Shown piece after piece: positions 9,671 to 19,365 of a stretch of DNA of 64,000 bases. Source of the stretch: Microbacterium sp. (GTDB lineage Bacteria; Actinomycetota; Actinomycetes; Actinomycetales; Microbacteriaceae); the NCBI RefSeq assembly GCF_035554235.1, contig NZ_DATMIO010000177.1, positions 11,632 to 75,631 on the forward strand, in the 5' to 3' direction. Numbering within the stretch: position 1 is the first letter of the stretch; every line of letters begins with the position of its first letter. The notes beneath the pieces were generated by a model. It was given only the letters and a program-made list of their open reading frames with translations. It searched no databases and was not told the origin of the DNA. A program made the position numbers and the translations under genes.

Positions 9671-10516
9671 GTGCGGATCCGGCTCGACATCGCCTACGAC
9701 GGGACGCACTTCCGCGGATGGGCCCGGCAGCCGGGGCTGCGCACCGTGCAGGGCACCCTCGAGGACGGCCTCGCCCGCATCGTCGGATCGCGCGTCGCGC
9801 TGACGGTCGCCGGACGGACGGATGCCGGGGTTCACGCACGCGGGCAGGTCGCCCATGCCGACCTCGACGATGCTCAGTTCGGCCGCCTCGCGGCGACGCG
9901 GCGCGGGGACGCGGCATCCGACCCCATCGCGGGGCTTGCGCTCCGCTTACGCGGTGTGCTCGGCGCGTACTCGGATGTCGCGGTCACGGCGACGCGACTC
10001 GCGCCTGAGGGTTTCGACGCGCGCTTCTCGGCGGTGTGGCGCCGGTACGAGTACCGCGTGGCCGATGCCGTGAGCGGCTATGACCCGCTCGAGCGGCACC
10101 GGACGACGACCGTGCGCGCCGCGCTCGATGTCGAGCTGATGGATGCCGGGGCGCGGTCGCTGCGGGGACTGCACGACTTCGCCGCCTACTGCAAGCCCCG
10201 CGACGAGGCTACGACGATCCGCACACTGCTCGATTTCGGGTGGCACCGCGACACCGAGGGCGTGCTGATCGCGAGCGTCTGCGCGGATGCGTTCTGCCAC
10301 AGCATGGTGCGGGCGCTCGTCGGCGGATGCGTCGCGGTGGGACAGGGGCGGCTGGATGTCGAGGACCTCGCGGCGCTGCGCGACGCCGGCGAGCGGACGA
10401 GCGAGTTCACGGTGCTCGCCGCGCGCGGCCTGACGCTGACCGAGGTCGGCTACCCGGCGGACGCGGAGCTGGCGACCCGCGCGGAGCAGACCCGGGCGCG
10501 GCGGCTGGCGGACTGA
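9671..10516 (+). CDS. truA: tRNA pseudouridine(38-40) synthase
   Basis: IAYDGTHFRGW, AGRTDAGVHARGQ, FDARFSA, FCHSMVR; TAGGCT-N6-GTG leaderless start. Confidence 0.97.
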   Translation: MRIRLDIAYDGTHFRGWARQPGLRTVQGTLEDGLARIVGSRVALTVAGRTDAGVHARGQVAHADLDDAQFGRLAATRRGDAASDPIAGLALRLRGVLGAYSDVAVTATRLAPEGFDARFSAVWRRYEYRVADAVSGYDPLERHRTTTVRAALDVELMDAGARSLRGLHDFAAYCKPRDEATTIRTLLDFGWHRDTEGVLIASVCADAFCHSMVRALVGGCVAVGQGRLDVEDLAALRDAGERTSEFTVLAARGLTLTEVGYPADAELATRAEQTRARRLAD

Positions 10517-10538
10517 CCCGGGGTGACGATCGCGTGCG

Positions 10539-11267
10539 TCACGCGCTCTCGGCGCTGACGGGATGCAGGGGAGATCGGCTCAGGCCCACGCGACGCGCGG
10601 GGGATAGCTCTGCGTCGATCAGGATCGGCAGGTGATCGGACCGGCCCTGCGGGAGTGTCGTCACTCGAGCGATGTCGAACCCGACGGACGTCGCGAAGTC
10701 GTAGTGCCCCCGGAAGAACTTGTAGCGCGTGTACGTGCGCGCATCGCTGAGGGTCAGCTCGTAGCCCTGGTCGCGCACCTTCTGGCCGAGGTGCTCCTTG
10801 AAGACGGGATAGTTGTAGTCGCCCACCATGAGGGCGGGCAGGCCGGGGCCGAGCTGCTGCAGCTCGGAGAGCGCCGCCCGGATCTGGTGGCGGCGCAGCG
10901 AGTTGAGCGCCGTGAGGGGCGCGGCGTGGAACGAGGCGACGATGAGCTCACGGTTCTCGTCGATGTCGTGCAGTCGCACGCCGAGCATGCGCTCGTGGGC
11001 GGGCTTGAGCACGCGGTCGTGCAGCGACTTCTTCAGGGCGATCGCACGCACCTCATTGGCGCGGTACTGATTCTCGCGGTAGTACAGCGCCAGCCCGAGC
11101 CGGTTGCCCTGCGTCGCCTCGGCGAGGCGCAGCCCGGCGATCTCGTCGGGAAGGTCCTTGGTGTCGCATTCCTGCAGGCACAGGATGTCGGGTGCATGGC
11201 GTTCGGCGAGCCCCACGAGCTCGGTGGCCGCTCGATGTTTGCGGAGGTTGTACGAGATGACCTTCAT
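10539..11267 (-). CDS. Endonuclease/exonuclease/phosphatase family protein
   Basis: MKVISYNL, DILCLQE, MVGDYN, RSDHLPI; start at 11267. Confidence 0.85.
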   Translation of the reverse strand: MKVISYNLRKHRAATELVGLAERHAPDILCLQECDTKDLPDEIAGLRLAEATQGNRLGLALYYRENQYRANEVRAIALKKSLHDRVLKPAHERMLGVRLHDIDENRELIVASFHAAPLTALNSLRRHQIRAALSELQQLGPGLPALMVGDYNYPVFKEHLGQKVRDQGYELTLSDARTYTRYKFFRGHYDFATSVGFDIARVTTLPQGRSDHLPILIDAELSPARRVGLSRSPLHPVSAESA

Positions 11268-11326
11268 AGCGACCACCAGCCTAGGATGACTGCGTTTCCG
11301 GCGGGTATCCCCCATGTGGATGCGGG

Positions 11327-11374
11327 GTCGATGCCCAGTAAATCCGATGCCCAGTAAAGTCGATGCCCAGTAAA
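11327..11374. repeat. Tandem repeat, 3 x 16 bp
   Basis: GTCGATGCCCAGTAAA / TCCGATGCCCAGTAAA / GTCGATGCCCAGTAAA, no spacers. Confidence 0.95.
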
Positions 11375-11400
11375 GGGCTGTCAGCCCGTGGCAGGTGACG

Positions 11401-12711
11401 TCACGGGCGGCCCATTCCGTAGTACGTCCACCCGGCCCGGCGCCACGCGGCGGCGTCGAGGCAATTGCGGCCGTCCACCACGACGCGCCCGCTCACGAGC
11501 GCGCCCGCCGCCTCGGGGCTCAGCTGGCGCCGGTACTCGTCCCATTCGGTGACGACGATCACGGCATCCGCCCCCCGCAGCGCCTCGTCGCGGTCCTCGA
11601 CGTACGTCAGCTGGGGATGGATGCGGCGGGCGTTCTCGATCGCGGCGGGGTCGGTGATCGTCACCGCCGCGCCGAGGCCGTACAGGCGCACCGCCACATC
11701 GAGCGCAGGCGAGTCGCGGATGTCGTCGGAGTGCGGCTTGAACGCCGCGCCGAGCACGGTGACGTTCTTCTCGAATACCGAGCCGCCGAGGGCCTGCACG
11801 ACGAGCTCGACCGCGCGGTCCCGGCGGCGCAGGTTGATGGCATCCATCTCGCGCAGGAAGGCGACGGACTCGCCGCGGCCGAGTTCCTCCGCCCGCGCGG
11901 AGAACGCCCGGATGTCCTTCGGCAGGCAACCGCCGCCGAAGCCGATGCCGGCGCCCAGGAAGCGGCGCCCGATGCGTGCATCGTGCCCGATCGCGTCGGC
12001 CAGCTGGGTGACGTCTGCTCCCGTCACCTCCGCGATCTCGGCCATCGCGTTGATGAACGAGATCTTCGTGGCGAGGAAGGCATTGGCTGCGACCTTGACC
12101 AGCTCGGCCGTCGCGTAGTCGGTGACGATGAAGGGGGTCTGCTTCGCGACGGCGGGGTGGTAGACCTCGCGCAGCACATCCGCGGCGCGGACGCCGTCGT
12201 CGCCCTCCGGAACGCCCGCGACGAGGCGGTCGGGGTCGATCGTGTCCTTCACGGCCCAGCCCTCGCGGAGGAACTCCGGATTCCAGACCAGGGTCGCGCC
12301 CTTGGCGCCGATGCGGGGCGCCAGGGTCGCGGCGGTCCCCACCGGGACCGTCGACTTGCCCGCCACGATGTCGCCCGGGGAGAGGTACGGCAGCAGGCCG
12401 TCGACGGCGGCGTCGACGTACGTCAGGTCAGCGGCGTAGCCGCCCTTCTGCTGTGGCGTGCCGACGCCGATGAAGTGCACGCTCGCTCCGAACGCCGCGG
12501 ACGTGTCGGTCGTGAACCGCAGCCGGCCCGACTGGACACCCTCGACGAGCAGCTCCTCGAGGCCCGGTTCGAAGAAGGGCGCCTTGCCTGCGGCGAGTTG
12601 AGCGACCTTCCGCTCGTCGACGTCGATGCCGACGACGTCGTGCCCGATGGAGGCCATGGCTGCGGCATGAACGGCACCGAGGTACCCACAACCGATTACT
12701 GACAGACGCAT
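11401..12711 (-). CDS. ugd: UDP-glucose/GDP-mannose dehydrogenase family protein
   Basis: IGCGYLG, GVGTP, NPEFLREG, GFGGGCLPKD, AFKP..DDIRDSP; AGGAG RBS before ATG 12711. Confidence 0.92.
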   Translation of the reverse strand: MRLSVIGCGYLGAVHAAAMASIGHDVVGIDVDERKVAQLAAGKAPFFEPGLEELLVEGVQSGRLRFTTDTSAAFGASVHFIGVGTPQQKGGYAADLTYVDAAVDGLLPYLSPGDIVAGKSTVPVGTAATLAPRIGAKGATLVWNPEFLREGWAVKDTIDPDRLVAGVPEGDDGVRAADVLREVYHPAVAKQTPFIVTDYATAELVKVAANAFLATKISFINAMAEIAEVTGADVTQLADAIGHDARIGRRFLGAGIGFGGGCLPKDIRAFSARAEELGRGESVAFLREMDAINLRRRDRAVELVVQALGGSVFEKNVTVLGAAFKPHSDDIRDSPALDVAVRLYGLGAAVTITDPAAIENARRIHPQLTYVEDRDEALRGADAVIVVTEWDEYRRQLSPEAAGALVSGRVVVDGRNCLDAAAWRRAGWTYYGMGRP

Positions 12712-12821
12712 ACTGCTCCTCACGTCGCGACCCGGGCGTTATCCCTTACTACCAGAGTTGCGTTACCGGAATTGGTCAGGGGGTATGCCCGCGGCCCCGT
12801 GGGCGAAGGCGACACGCGAGC

Positions 12822-13859
12822 CTAGCGTGCGGGCGCCTTGGCGGGAACGCGCAGGGTCGGGGCGAGCAGCCACGGCGCCCGCGTGGCGAGCGCGGCCAGC
12901 CCGAAGCCGGCGACCACGGCGAACGCGGTGACCGCGATGGCGATCGCGATGTTCATGGCGGCAGGCCCGTGCGCGCCGAGGGCTCCGAGCACCAGCACGA
13001 TCGGCGGGATGACGAGGATGTGCACGAGGTAGATCGGCAGCGACTGCCTGCCCGAATGCGAGACGAAACCGAGCGCGGGCACGCGCGCCAGCTGCTTCGA
13101 TGCCATCAGCAGCGCGGCGACCCCGATGCACTGCCCCACGAGCACGACGAACGGCACGCGGCCCGCTCCGCGGAACATGAACAGCAGCACGACGATGCCC
13201 GCGTACGCGACCAGCGCGATCGCGAGGTGGCGCGGCCGCGAGACGCGCATCGCGGCGACGATCTCGCGGCTGAAGCACACTCCGATGGCGAAGAAGAAGA
13301 GCAGCGCGCCGATGCGGTTCCAGGCGATCGTGTGCGTATTGACGATGCCCGCGGTGAAGAGGGTCGAAAGCACCGCCGAACCGGCCACGAGAACCCAGCG
13401 GGGAACGCGGCGGAGCGCCCACACGACGAGCGTGAACAGGGCGAGCGCATAGAGGAACCAGTACAGGCTGGCAGGCAGCACCGGCAGCATCACGAGCGAC
13501 AGGGGATCGCCGGGTGGGATGTCGGTGTCACGCGAGGGAAGCGCGGGGAACAGCGCGAACATCGCGAAGCGCAGCAGCGACCACAGGGCATAGATGTAGG
13601 CGAGGGGGATGAGTCGCTTGGCGGCGAGCTCGCGAAAGGAGCCGTCCAGAATGCCGCGTGCCCCGAAGACGCCCGCGATCAGGAAGAACGCGGGGAGCGG
13701 GAAGAGCTCGAACGCGAGCTTCGCTCGGCCCAGCGTGTGGTCGATGCCGACGACGCCGAGAAACAGGCTGGCGTGGAAGTAGACCACGCACAGGATCGCC
13801 GCGCCGCGGGCGAAATCCGCCCAACCCAGTCTGCTCGGGCCCTCCGCGACGATGGTCAT
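12822..13859 (-). CDS. Acyltransferase-3 family membrane protein
   Basis: GWADFARGAAILCVVYFH, PAFFLIAG, SLYWFLYAL, SLPIYLVH; start overlaps the stop of the upstream gene (ATGA). Confidence 0.85.
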   Translation of the reverse strand: MTIVAEGPSRLGWADFARGAAILCVVYFHASLFLGVVGIDHTLGRAKLAFELFPLPAFFLIAGVFGARGILDGSFRELAAKRLIPLAYIYALWSLLRFAMFALFPALPSRDTDIPPGDPLSLVMLPVLPASLYWFLYALALFTLVVWALRRVPRWVLVAGSAVLSTLFTAGIVNTHTIAWNRIGALLFFFAIGVCFSREIVAAMRVSRPRHLAIALVAYAGIVVLLFMFRGAGRVPFVVLVGQCIGVAALLMASKQLARVPALGFVSHSGRQSLPIYLVHILVIPPIVLVLGALGAHGPAAMNIAIAIAVTAFAVVAGFGLAALATRAPWLLAPTLRVPAKAPAR

Positions 13860-14896
13860 GGCCGGCCGCTGCTGCTCGCGTGCACCCGCGCGGGGACAGC
13901 TCGGGAGGACGCTCGGCGGGGCATTCCGGTGAGCAGCGGGGAGGCGCGCGTGTGCCGCACGACCAGAGCCGCGCCCCACGGCACGAACAGCGCCAAGGCG
14001 AACTGGAGGATCGGCGGGAGGGCCAGCGGGTCGAGAGCCCACAGGATGCCGGCATGCGTCAGGGTGACCATGAACGTGGATTCCGCCAAGAGGCTCAGCG
14101 CAGGCGCCGAGTGCAAGCGGGTCGCATCGACGACGGCGCGCAGCATCCATGCCAGCCCCGTGACGATCGCGATCGCCAGGAGCACTCCTAGGACGGGACT
14201 GCCGAAGTCCACGAGCTTGAGGTCGACGGGGTGGACGAGGCCCGTCGCGAAGGCGGTGAACGACACGATCGCCATTGCCGCCCCGATGAGCGGGCGCGCG
14301 AGCGCGCCGAGTTTTCCCTCGTAGCGGCGCACGGTGCGGCCGGCCATGAGGAACACCAGGCAGCACACGCCGGTCGCCGCGGCCCACGGTGCCATCCGCA
14401 CGAGGTCCGGGGCGACGTAGGCCGGCACCAGAAGCGCCAGTGCGATCGCCCACTGGGCCCAGAACGGGAGCCGGCGGATGAGCCAGTACGCGATCACGAG
14501 CACGAACAGCGCGGTCGAGAACCAGAAGGCCCAGAACGGCTTGCCGTACATGTAGCGGCCGCCGAGCAGCTGGCCGACGACGAACCTGACGGTCAGGTCG
14601 CCGGTCACGCCCACGAAGACGGCGCTCCACACGACGAGCCAGAACGCGTACGGCAGCAGCAGCATCTCCGCCCGGCGGCGGAGCATGACCGGAAAGGGAC
14701 GGTCTTTCCACAGGTATCCGGTGAGAAAGAAGAACAGCGGCATGTTCCAGCTGAAGATGAACGCATGCGCCCATTCCTCGCGGAACCAGACGTGCGCCAC
14801 GACCACCGCGGCGATTCCGACGACGCGCAGCACGTCGAGCGTGACGTCCCGCCGCGGTACCGCCGCAGCTCGCGGCGGTGCTGAGTGCTCGGTCAT
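13856..14896 (-). CDS. Acyltransferase-3 family membrane protein
   Basis: LDVLRVVGIAAVVVAH, WNMPLFFFLTGY, PFWAFWF. Confidence 0.85.
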   Translation of the reverse strand: MTEHSAPPRAAAVPRRDVTLDVLRVVGIAAVVVAHVWFREEWAHAFIFSWNMPLFFFLTGYLWKDRPFPVMLRRRAEMLLLPYAFWLVVWSAVFVGVTGDLTVRFVVGQLLGGRYMYGKPFWAFWFSTALFVLVIAYWLIRRLPFWAQWAIALALLVPAYVAPDLVRMAPWAAATGVCCLVFLMAGRTVRRYEGKLGALARPLIGAAMAIVSFTAFATGLVHPVDLKLVDFGSPVLGVLLAIAIVTGLAWMLRAVVDATRLHSAPALSLLAESTFMVTLTHAGILWALDPLALPPILQFALALFVPWGAALVVRHTRASPLLTGMPRRASSRAVPARVHASSSGRP

Positions 14897-14961
14897 GCAG
14901 GCGAGGATAGGCGCGCGCCGCCGCCTCCCGCGGCCGGTTCATCGAGAATTTACACAGACGC

Positions 14962-14975
14962 AATCCCGCGGGATT
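14962..14975. promoter_or_regulatory. Perfect 14-bp palindrome in divergent promoter region (candidate operator)
   Basis: AATCCCGCGGGATT between the acyltransferase and wzy-like transcription units. Confidence 0.3.
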
Positions 14976-15137
14976 CGGGTGATTTCCGCCGCCATGGGAG
15001 CATCGGGAGCCGGGGCGCGGCGCCGCCCCCAGGATTAATCGTCCCGAAACAGGGCCTTCACGTTCGGCGGCTAGCGTCGCTGACATGGGGAGCGTTCTGT
15101 GCAGGTCCACGCGCGGCGCCGACGGGGCCGACTGCGG

Positions 15138-16556
15138 ATGAGGGCGCGCGGACACCTGGTCGCCCTGCGGTCCGGGCGCGACGCGCGGCGCATCACGCTG
15201 CTGCTCGTGCTGGGCGCGATCGGCGTCGCCGCGGTCACCGCCGTGCTGCTCCGGGTCATCGACCCCTCGATCGGGGCGGCGCTGGCGCTGCCCGCCATCG
15301 CCGCGGGGGCCGTGGCCGTCTTCCTCGTGCCGGTGCACTGGATTCCCACGATCACGCTCGGCGTGCTGGCACTCTTCCCGACGCGGCTGATCCCGAACGA
15401 CGGCCCGTTCAATGCGCTTCCGCCCCTCGCGATCCTCCTGGGCATCTGGGTCCTCCGCCGTGTCGTGCTCGGCCAGCGGCCTCCGGGCGACGTGGGGGAT
15501 CCGCCGGAGACGGCGCGCATGGGACCGCGGTTCGCCGTCTACGCGACGGCTGGTCTCCTCGCGATCTGGCTTGTGGTCAGCGTCGTCACCACAGGGGGCA
15601 CCGAGACCTCGCTCGGCTGGACGATGAGCTTTCTCGCCGGCGCGCTCCTGCCCATCCTGGTCTTCGACGCCCGGGCCGAGGCGCGACTGCTTTCGACCGC
15701 CTTCCTCGTGCTCGGTGCGCTCGTCGGTGCCTACACCGTGCTCGAGATGCTGCTCGGCGGGTCGCCGATCTATGGGTCGATCTCGGCGGCGCTGGGCGTC
15801 ACCCAGGAGTTCGGCTTCTCGGTCTACCGGGCGCGCGCGGCGTTCACGCACCCGCTCTTCGCCGCGGCGTTCCTCTGCATCCCCGCGGCGATGGGCATCG
15901 GTCGCTGGCTCACGTCGGGGAAGAGGTGGGCGCTCGTCTGCGGCCTCCTCTCCACCGCCGGCGTCGTCGCCACGGTCTCGCGCGGATCGATCGTCGCCAT
16001 CGGCGTGATGGTCGGCTTCGCGCTCCTGGTGAGTCCCGTGTTCATCGGCTGGCAGAACATCTCCCGGTGGCTGCAGCTGCTCGCGATGACGGTGATCGGC
16101 GGCATCGCCGTGCTCAACTTCGGCCCGCTCATGGAACGGGCGGAATCGATCGAGTCGCAGCTGTCGGCCGGCGTTCGCGAGCGGGCCGTCACGGTCGCCC
16201 TGGATGCCGCCGCCTACTCCGGCTGGCTGGGCACAGGTCCGGGCACGTCGGGGGAGACCGGCCGGCTCTTCGACACGATCATCATCGAGAACTCGATGCT
16301 GCAGCTGCTCGTCAGCATCGGCTTGCCTGGGCTGCTGCTGTTCGTGCTCCTCCTGGGCTCCCTCGTCTGGAGCGCGTGGTCTCACAACGACCTCGGCGTC
16401 ATCCTCGCCCTCGTCGCGTACAGCGTCGCGATCTCCGGCTTCAACTCGCTCGATGGTGTGCGCAACATGCACATCATCATCGGGTTCCTTGTCATCCTCT
16501 CCCTGCACGCCGGCACGTCCGCGCCGGCGTCCGTGCTCTCGCCGGCGACCGCATGA
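15138..16556 (+). CDS. O-antigen ligase / Wzy-like polysaccharide polymerase (start uncertain)
   Basis: About 12 hydrophobic segments, YRARAAFTHP, VATVSRGS, IIENSMLQLLVSIGLPG; sits next to a flippase. Confidence 0.75.
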   Translation: MRARGHLVALRSGRDARRITLLLVLGAIGVAAVTAVLLRVIDPSIGAALALPAIAAGAVAVFLVPVHWIPTITLGVLALFPTRLIPNDGPFNALPPLAILLGIWVLRRVVLGQRPPGDVGDPPETARMGPRFAVYATAGLLAIWLVVSVVTTGGTETSLGWTMSFLAGALLPILVFDARAEARLLSTAFLVLGALVGAYTVLEMLLGGSPIYGSISAALGVTQEFGFSVYRARAAFTHPLFAAAFLCIPAAMGIGRWLTSGKRWALVCGLLSTAGVVATVSRGSIVAIGVMVGFALLVSPVFIGWQNISRWLQLLAMTVIGGIAVLNFGPLMERAESIESQLSAGVRERAVTVALDAAAYSGWLGTGPGTSGETGRLFDTIIIENSMLQLLVSIGLPGLLLFVLLLGSLVWSAWSHNDLGVILALVAYSVAISGFNSLDGVRNMHIIIGFLVILSLHAGTSAPASVLSPATA

Positions 16557-18085
16557 CGACGACGCAGAGCAAGAAGGGCCTCGGCGCGGTCGCGACCCGC
16601 GGCGCCGCCGTGACCTTCTCGGGGCAGATCATCCGCATCACCGTCCAGCTGGCCGGGATCGTGCTGCTCGCCCGGCTGCTCTCGCCGGTGGACTACGGCG
16701 TCACGACGATGGTGATCGCCATCATCGGCGTCGGCGAGATCCTGCGCGACTTCGGCCTGTCCAGCGCCGCGATCCAGGCGAAGACCCTGTCGGCCGGCCA
16801 GCGGGGGAACCTGTTCTGGATCAACGTCGGCATCGGCGCCGCGCTCACGCTCGTGGTCGCCGTGCTCGCCGTGCCGATCGCGAACTTCTACGACGATGAC
16901 CGTCTGATCGCCATCACGCTCGTGCTGTCTTCGACGTTCCTCTTCAACGGCATCGCGACGCAGTACCGGGCGGACCTCAACCGCAGATTCAGGTTCGGGC
17001 GGCTCGCCGGCCTGGAGATCTTCGCCCAGGTCGTCGCGCTCGGTGTCGCCCTGGTCCTGGCGCTGTGGGGCTGGGGATACTGGGCGCTCGTGGCGCAGCA
17101 GGTGCTGCAGGCACTGCTCCAGGTGCTCGTCCTGCCGTTCATCGGCGGATGGTGGCCGGGCCTCCCGAAGCGCGGCGAGCAGATGAAGCCGCTGCTGACC
17201 TTCGGCGGCGGCCTCGTCGGGGCACAGGTTCTGAACTACGCGAGCCGCAACGTCGACTCGCTCGTCATCGGGCGGATGTTCGGGGCGCAGAGCCTCGGCT
17301 TCTACAACCGGGCGTTCCAGCTGATGCTGCTGCCGCTCAACCAGATCAACGCGCCCTCGACCCGGGTGGCGCTCCCGACGCTCTCGCGCCTCGGGGAGCA
17401 GCCCGCCCGCTACGCGGAGTTCATCGCCTTCGGTCAGACCATCATGCTGAACCTCGTCAGCTTCGTTCTGGCCCTCTCCGTCGCTCAGGCGCCCGCGGTC
17501 ATCGCGATCTCGCTCGGTCCCCAGTGGGGTCCGTCGGTGCCGATCTTCCAGATCCTCGCCGTCGCGGGCTTCTTCCAGGCGGCCGCCTACTCGACCTATT
17601 GGGTCTTCCTCTCGCAGGGGCTCACGACGCCGTACCTCTGGTACACGCTCGCCACCCGCCCGCTCGTCATCGGCCTGATCATCGTGGGCTCGCTCTGGGG
17701 CGTGAACGGGGTGGCGATCGCCTATGCGGTCGGGGCCGCCCTGATGTGGCCCGTCGGCTGCCTGTGGATCGCCAGATACTCGACGGCACCCGTGATGCGG
17801 CTCTTCCTCAACGGCCTCCGCATCCTCGTGGTGTACGGCTTCGCGGCCGCCGCGTCGTTCGCCGCGACCTTCGCGATCCCCGAGGAGCAGACGCTCGTCC
17901 GCATCCTGCTCGGGCTCGCCGCGCTCGTCGCCGCCCTGGGTCTGGCGGCGCTCGTCTTCCCTCCTTTCCGCAGGGACGTGATGGGGATGCTCTCCGCACG
18001 ACGCTTCTTCCGGCGGAGCGCTGCCGCCGACGCACCCCGAGCCGAAACACTCGATGACCCCGAGACTCCCCTGGAGGAACGATGA
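16553..18085 (+). CDS. Wzx/PST-family polysaccharide flippase
   Basis: ARLLSPVDYG, RDFGLSSAAIQ, LGFYNRAFQL, LPTLSRL; ATGA overlap with upstream gene. Confidence 0.9.
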   Translation: MTTTQSKKGLGAVATRGAAVTFSGQIIRITVQLAGIVLLARLLSPVDYGVTTMVIAIIGVGEILRDFGLSSAAIQAKTLSAGQRGNLFWINVGIGAALTLVVAVLAVPIANFYDDDRLIAITLVLSSTFLFNGIATQYRADLNRRFRFGRLAGLEIFAQVVALGVALVLALWGWGYWALVAQQVLQALLQVLVLPFIGGWWPGLPKRGEQMKPLLTFGGGLVGAQVLNYASRNVDSLVIGRMFGAQSLGFYNRAFQLMLLPLNQINAPSTRVALPTLSRLGEQPARYAEFIAFGQTIMLNLVSFVLALSVAQAPAVIAISLGPQWGPSVPIFQILAVAGFFQAAAYSTYWVFLSQGLTTPYLWYTLATRPLVIGLIIVGSLWGVNGVAIAYAVGAALMWPVGCLWIARYSTAPVMRLFLNGLRILVVYGFAAAASFAATFAIPEEQTLVRILLGLAALVAALGLAALVFPPFRRDVMGMLSARRFFRRSAAADAPRAETLDDPETPLEER

Positions 18086-19365
18086 GATTGCGCAGACTCA
18101 CCCGGCGATTCCGCAGTCTGCGGCGGGATGTCGTGGACTGGACGGGGTGGACTTCGCGTCGCTTCCGCAGCGATTTCGCGGCATCCGTGGGCCTTCCGGG
18201 CAACGAGCGACACGTGCTGATCGCGCCGCCGGGCGCGGGCAACATCGGCGACCAGGCGATGGTCGAGGCATTCCTGGCCGCGGCCGACCTGCCGGTGACC
18301 GTCGTCACCCGCGGCGCCGATGACTTCGCACTTCCGGTCGACCTCGCCCCGCGGGCGACGATCCTGCCCCTGGCCGATCTGTTCTATGGCCAGGGCGCCG
18401 CCCACCGCGACGACGTCGTCAGGCTGGCCTGCGCCGTCGACGGTGCGGCGACCGTGTCGATCGTCGGCGCCGACATCATGGACGGCGTGTACGTCCTGCG
18501 GCCGTCGCTGCGCCGCTCGAGCCTCGCCGCCGCCGCCGCGAAGGCGGGGTTCGACTCCACCGTGCTCGGCTTCAGCTGGAACAGCGCCGCCCCCCGGCCC
18601 GCATGGGCCTCGTTGCGGCGGGCGGGCGCGGCGGGCGCGCGCCTGCTCCTGCGCGATCCGGCATCGGCCGCCCGCGTGCGGGATGCCGGCATCCAGGGCG
18701 CGATCGAGACGGCCGACATCGTCTTCACCGACGACCGAGTGGATGCCGCGGCCGCCGCTGCCGTGCTCGCTCCGGTGAGCGGCCCCTACGTGCTGGTGAA
18801 CTGCAGCGGACTGATCGCGCGCAAGCTCGACCAGGTGCCCGAGTACGTCGCCGTCATCGGCCACTTCCGCGCCCGCGGCCTGCATGTCGTGCTGCTTCCG
18901 CACGTCGTCCGCAGCACGGCCGATGACCTCACCGCCTGCCGCGCCGTCTTCGACGCGGTCGGGGCGGACGGCGTCACCTTCGTGCAGGAGGTGCTGGCGC
19001 CCTCGACGATCCGTGCGCTCGCCCAGGGCGCGTCGCTGACGGTCACGGGACGCATGCACCTCGCCGTCATGTCCCTGTCCCAAGGCATCCCGTCCATCAC
19101 CCTCGCGACGCAGGGCAAGGTCGAGGGACTCATGAGACTTTTCGGCTGGCCCGAGCTGTGCGTGACTCCGCGCGCCGGCATGGCCGACGAGATCGTCCGG
19201 GTGGCGGACGCCGCCCTGGATGGCCCGGACACGAGCGAGCGGATCCGTCGGGGGGCGGCATCCGCTCGAGAACTCGCCGGGCGGAACATCGTCCGTATCG
19301 GCGGTCCGACACAGAAAGCGATGTCACCGACCGCGCTATCAGGAACTGGGGCAAGAGATGGCTGA
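18082..19365 (+). CDS. Polysaccharide pyruvyl transferase family protein
   Basis: GAGNIGDQAM, LRDPAS, ADIVF, TGRMHLAV. Confidence 0.8.
   Translation: MRLRRLTRRFRSLRRDVVDWTGWTSRRFRSDFAASVGLPGNERHVLIAPPGAGNIGDQAMVEAFLAAADLPVTVVTRGADDFALPVDLAPRATILPLADLFYGQGAAHRDDVVRLACAVDGAATVSIVGADIMDGVYVLRPSLRRSSLAAAAAKAGFDSTVLGFSWNSAAPRPAWASLRRAGAAGARLLLRDPASAARVRDAGIQGAIETADIVFTDDRVDAAAAAAVLAPVSGPYVLVNCSGLIARKLDQVPEYVAVIGHFRARGLHVVLLPHVVRSTADDLTACRAVFDAVGADGVTFVQEVLAPSTIRALAQGASLTVTGRMHLAVMSLSQGIPSITLATQGKVEGLMRLFGWPELCVTPRAGMADEIVRVADAALDGPDTSERIRRGAASARELAGRNIVRIGGPTQKAMSPTALSGTGARDG

Noticed and set aside
11327-11374. Possible CRISPR array (also 54830-54897 and 5061-5140)
   Set aside because: Units are adjacent with no unique spacers, too short or degenerate, and no cas genes are present
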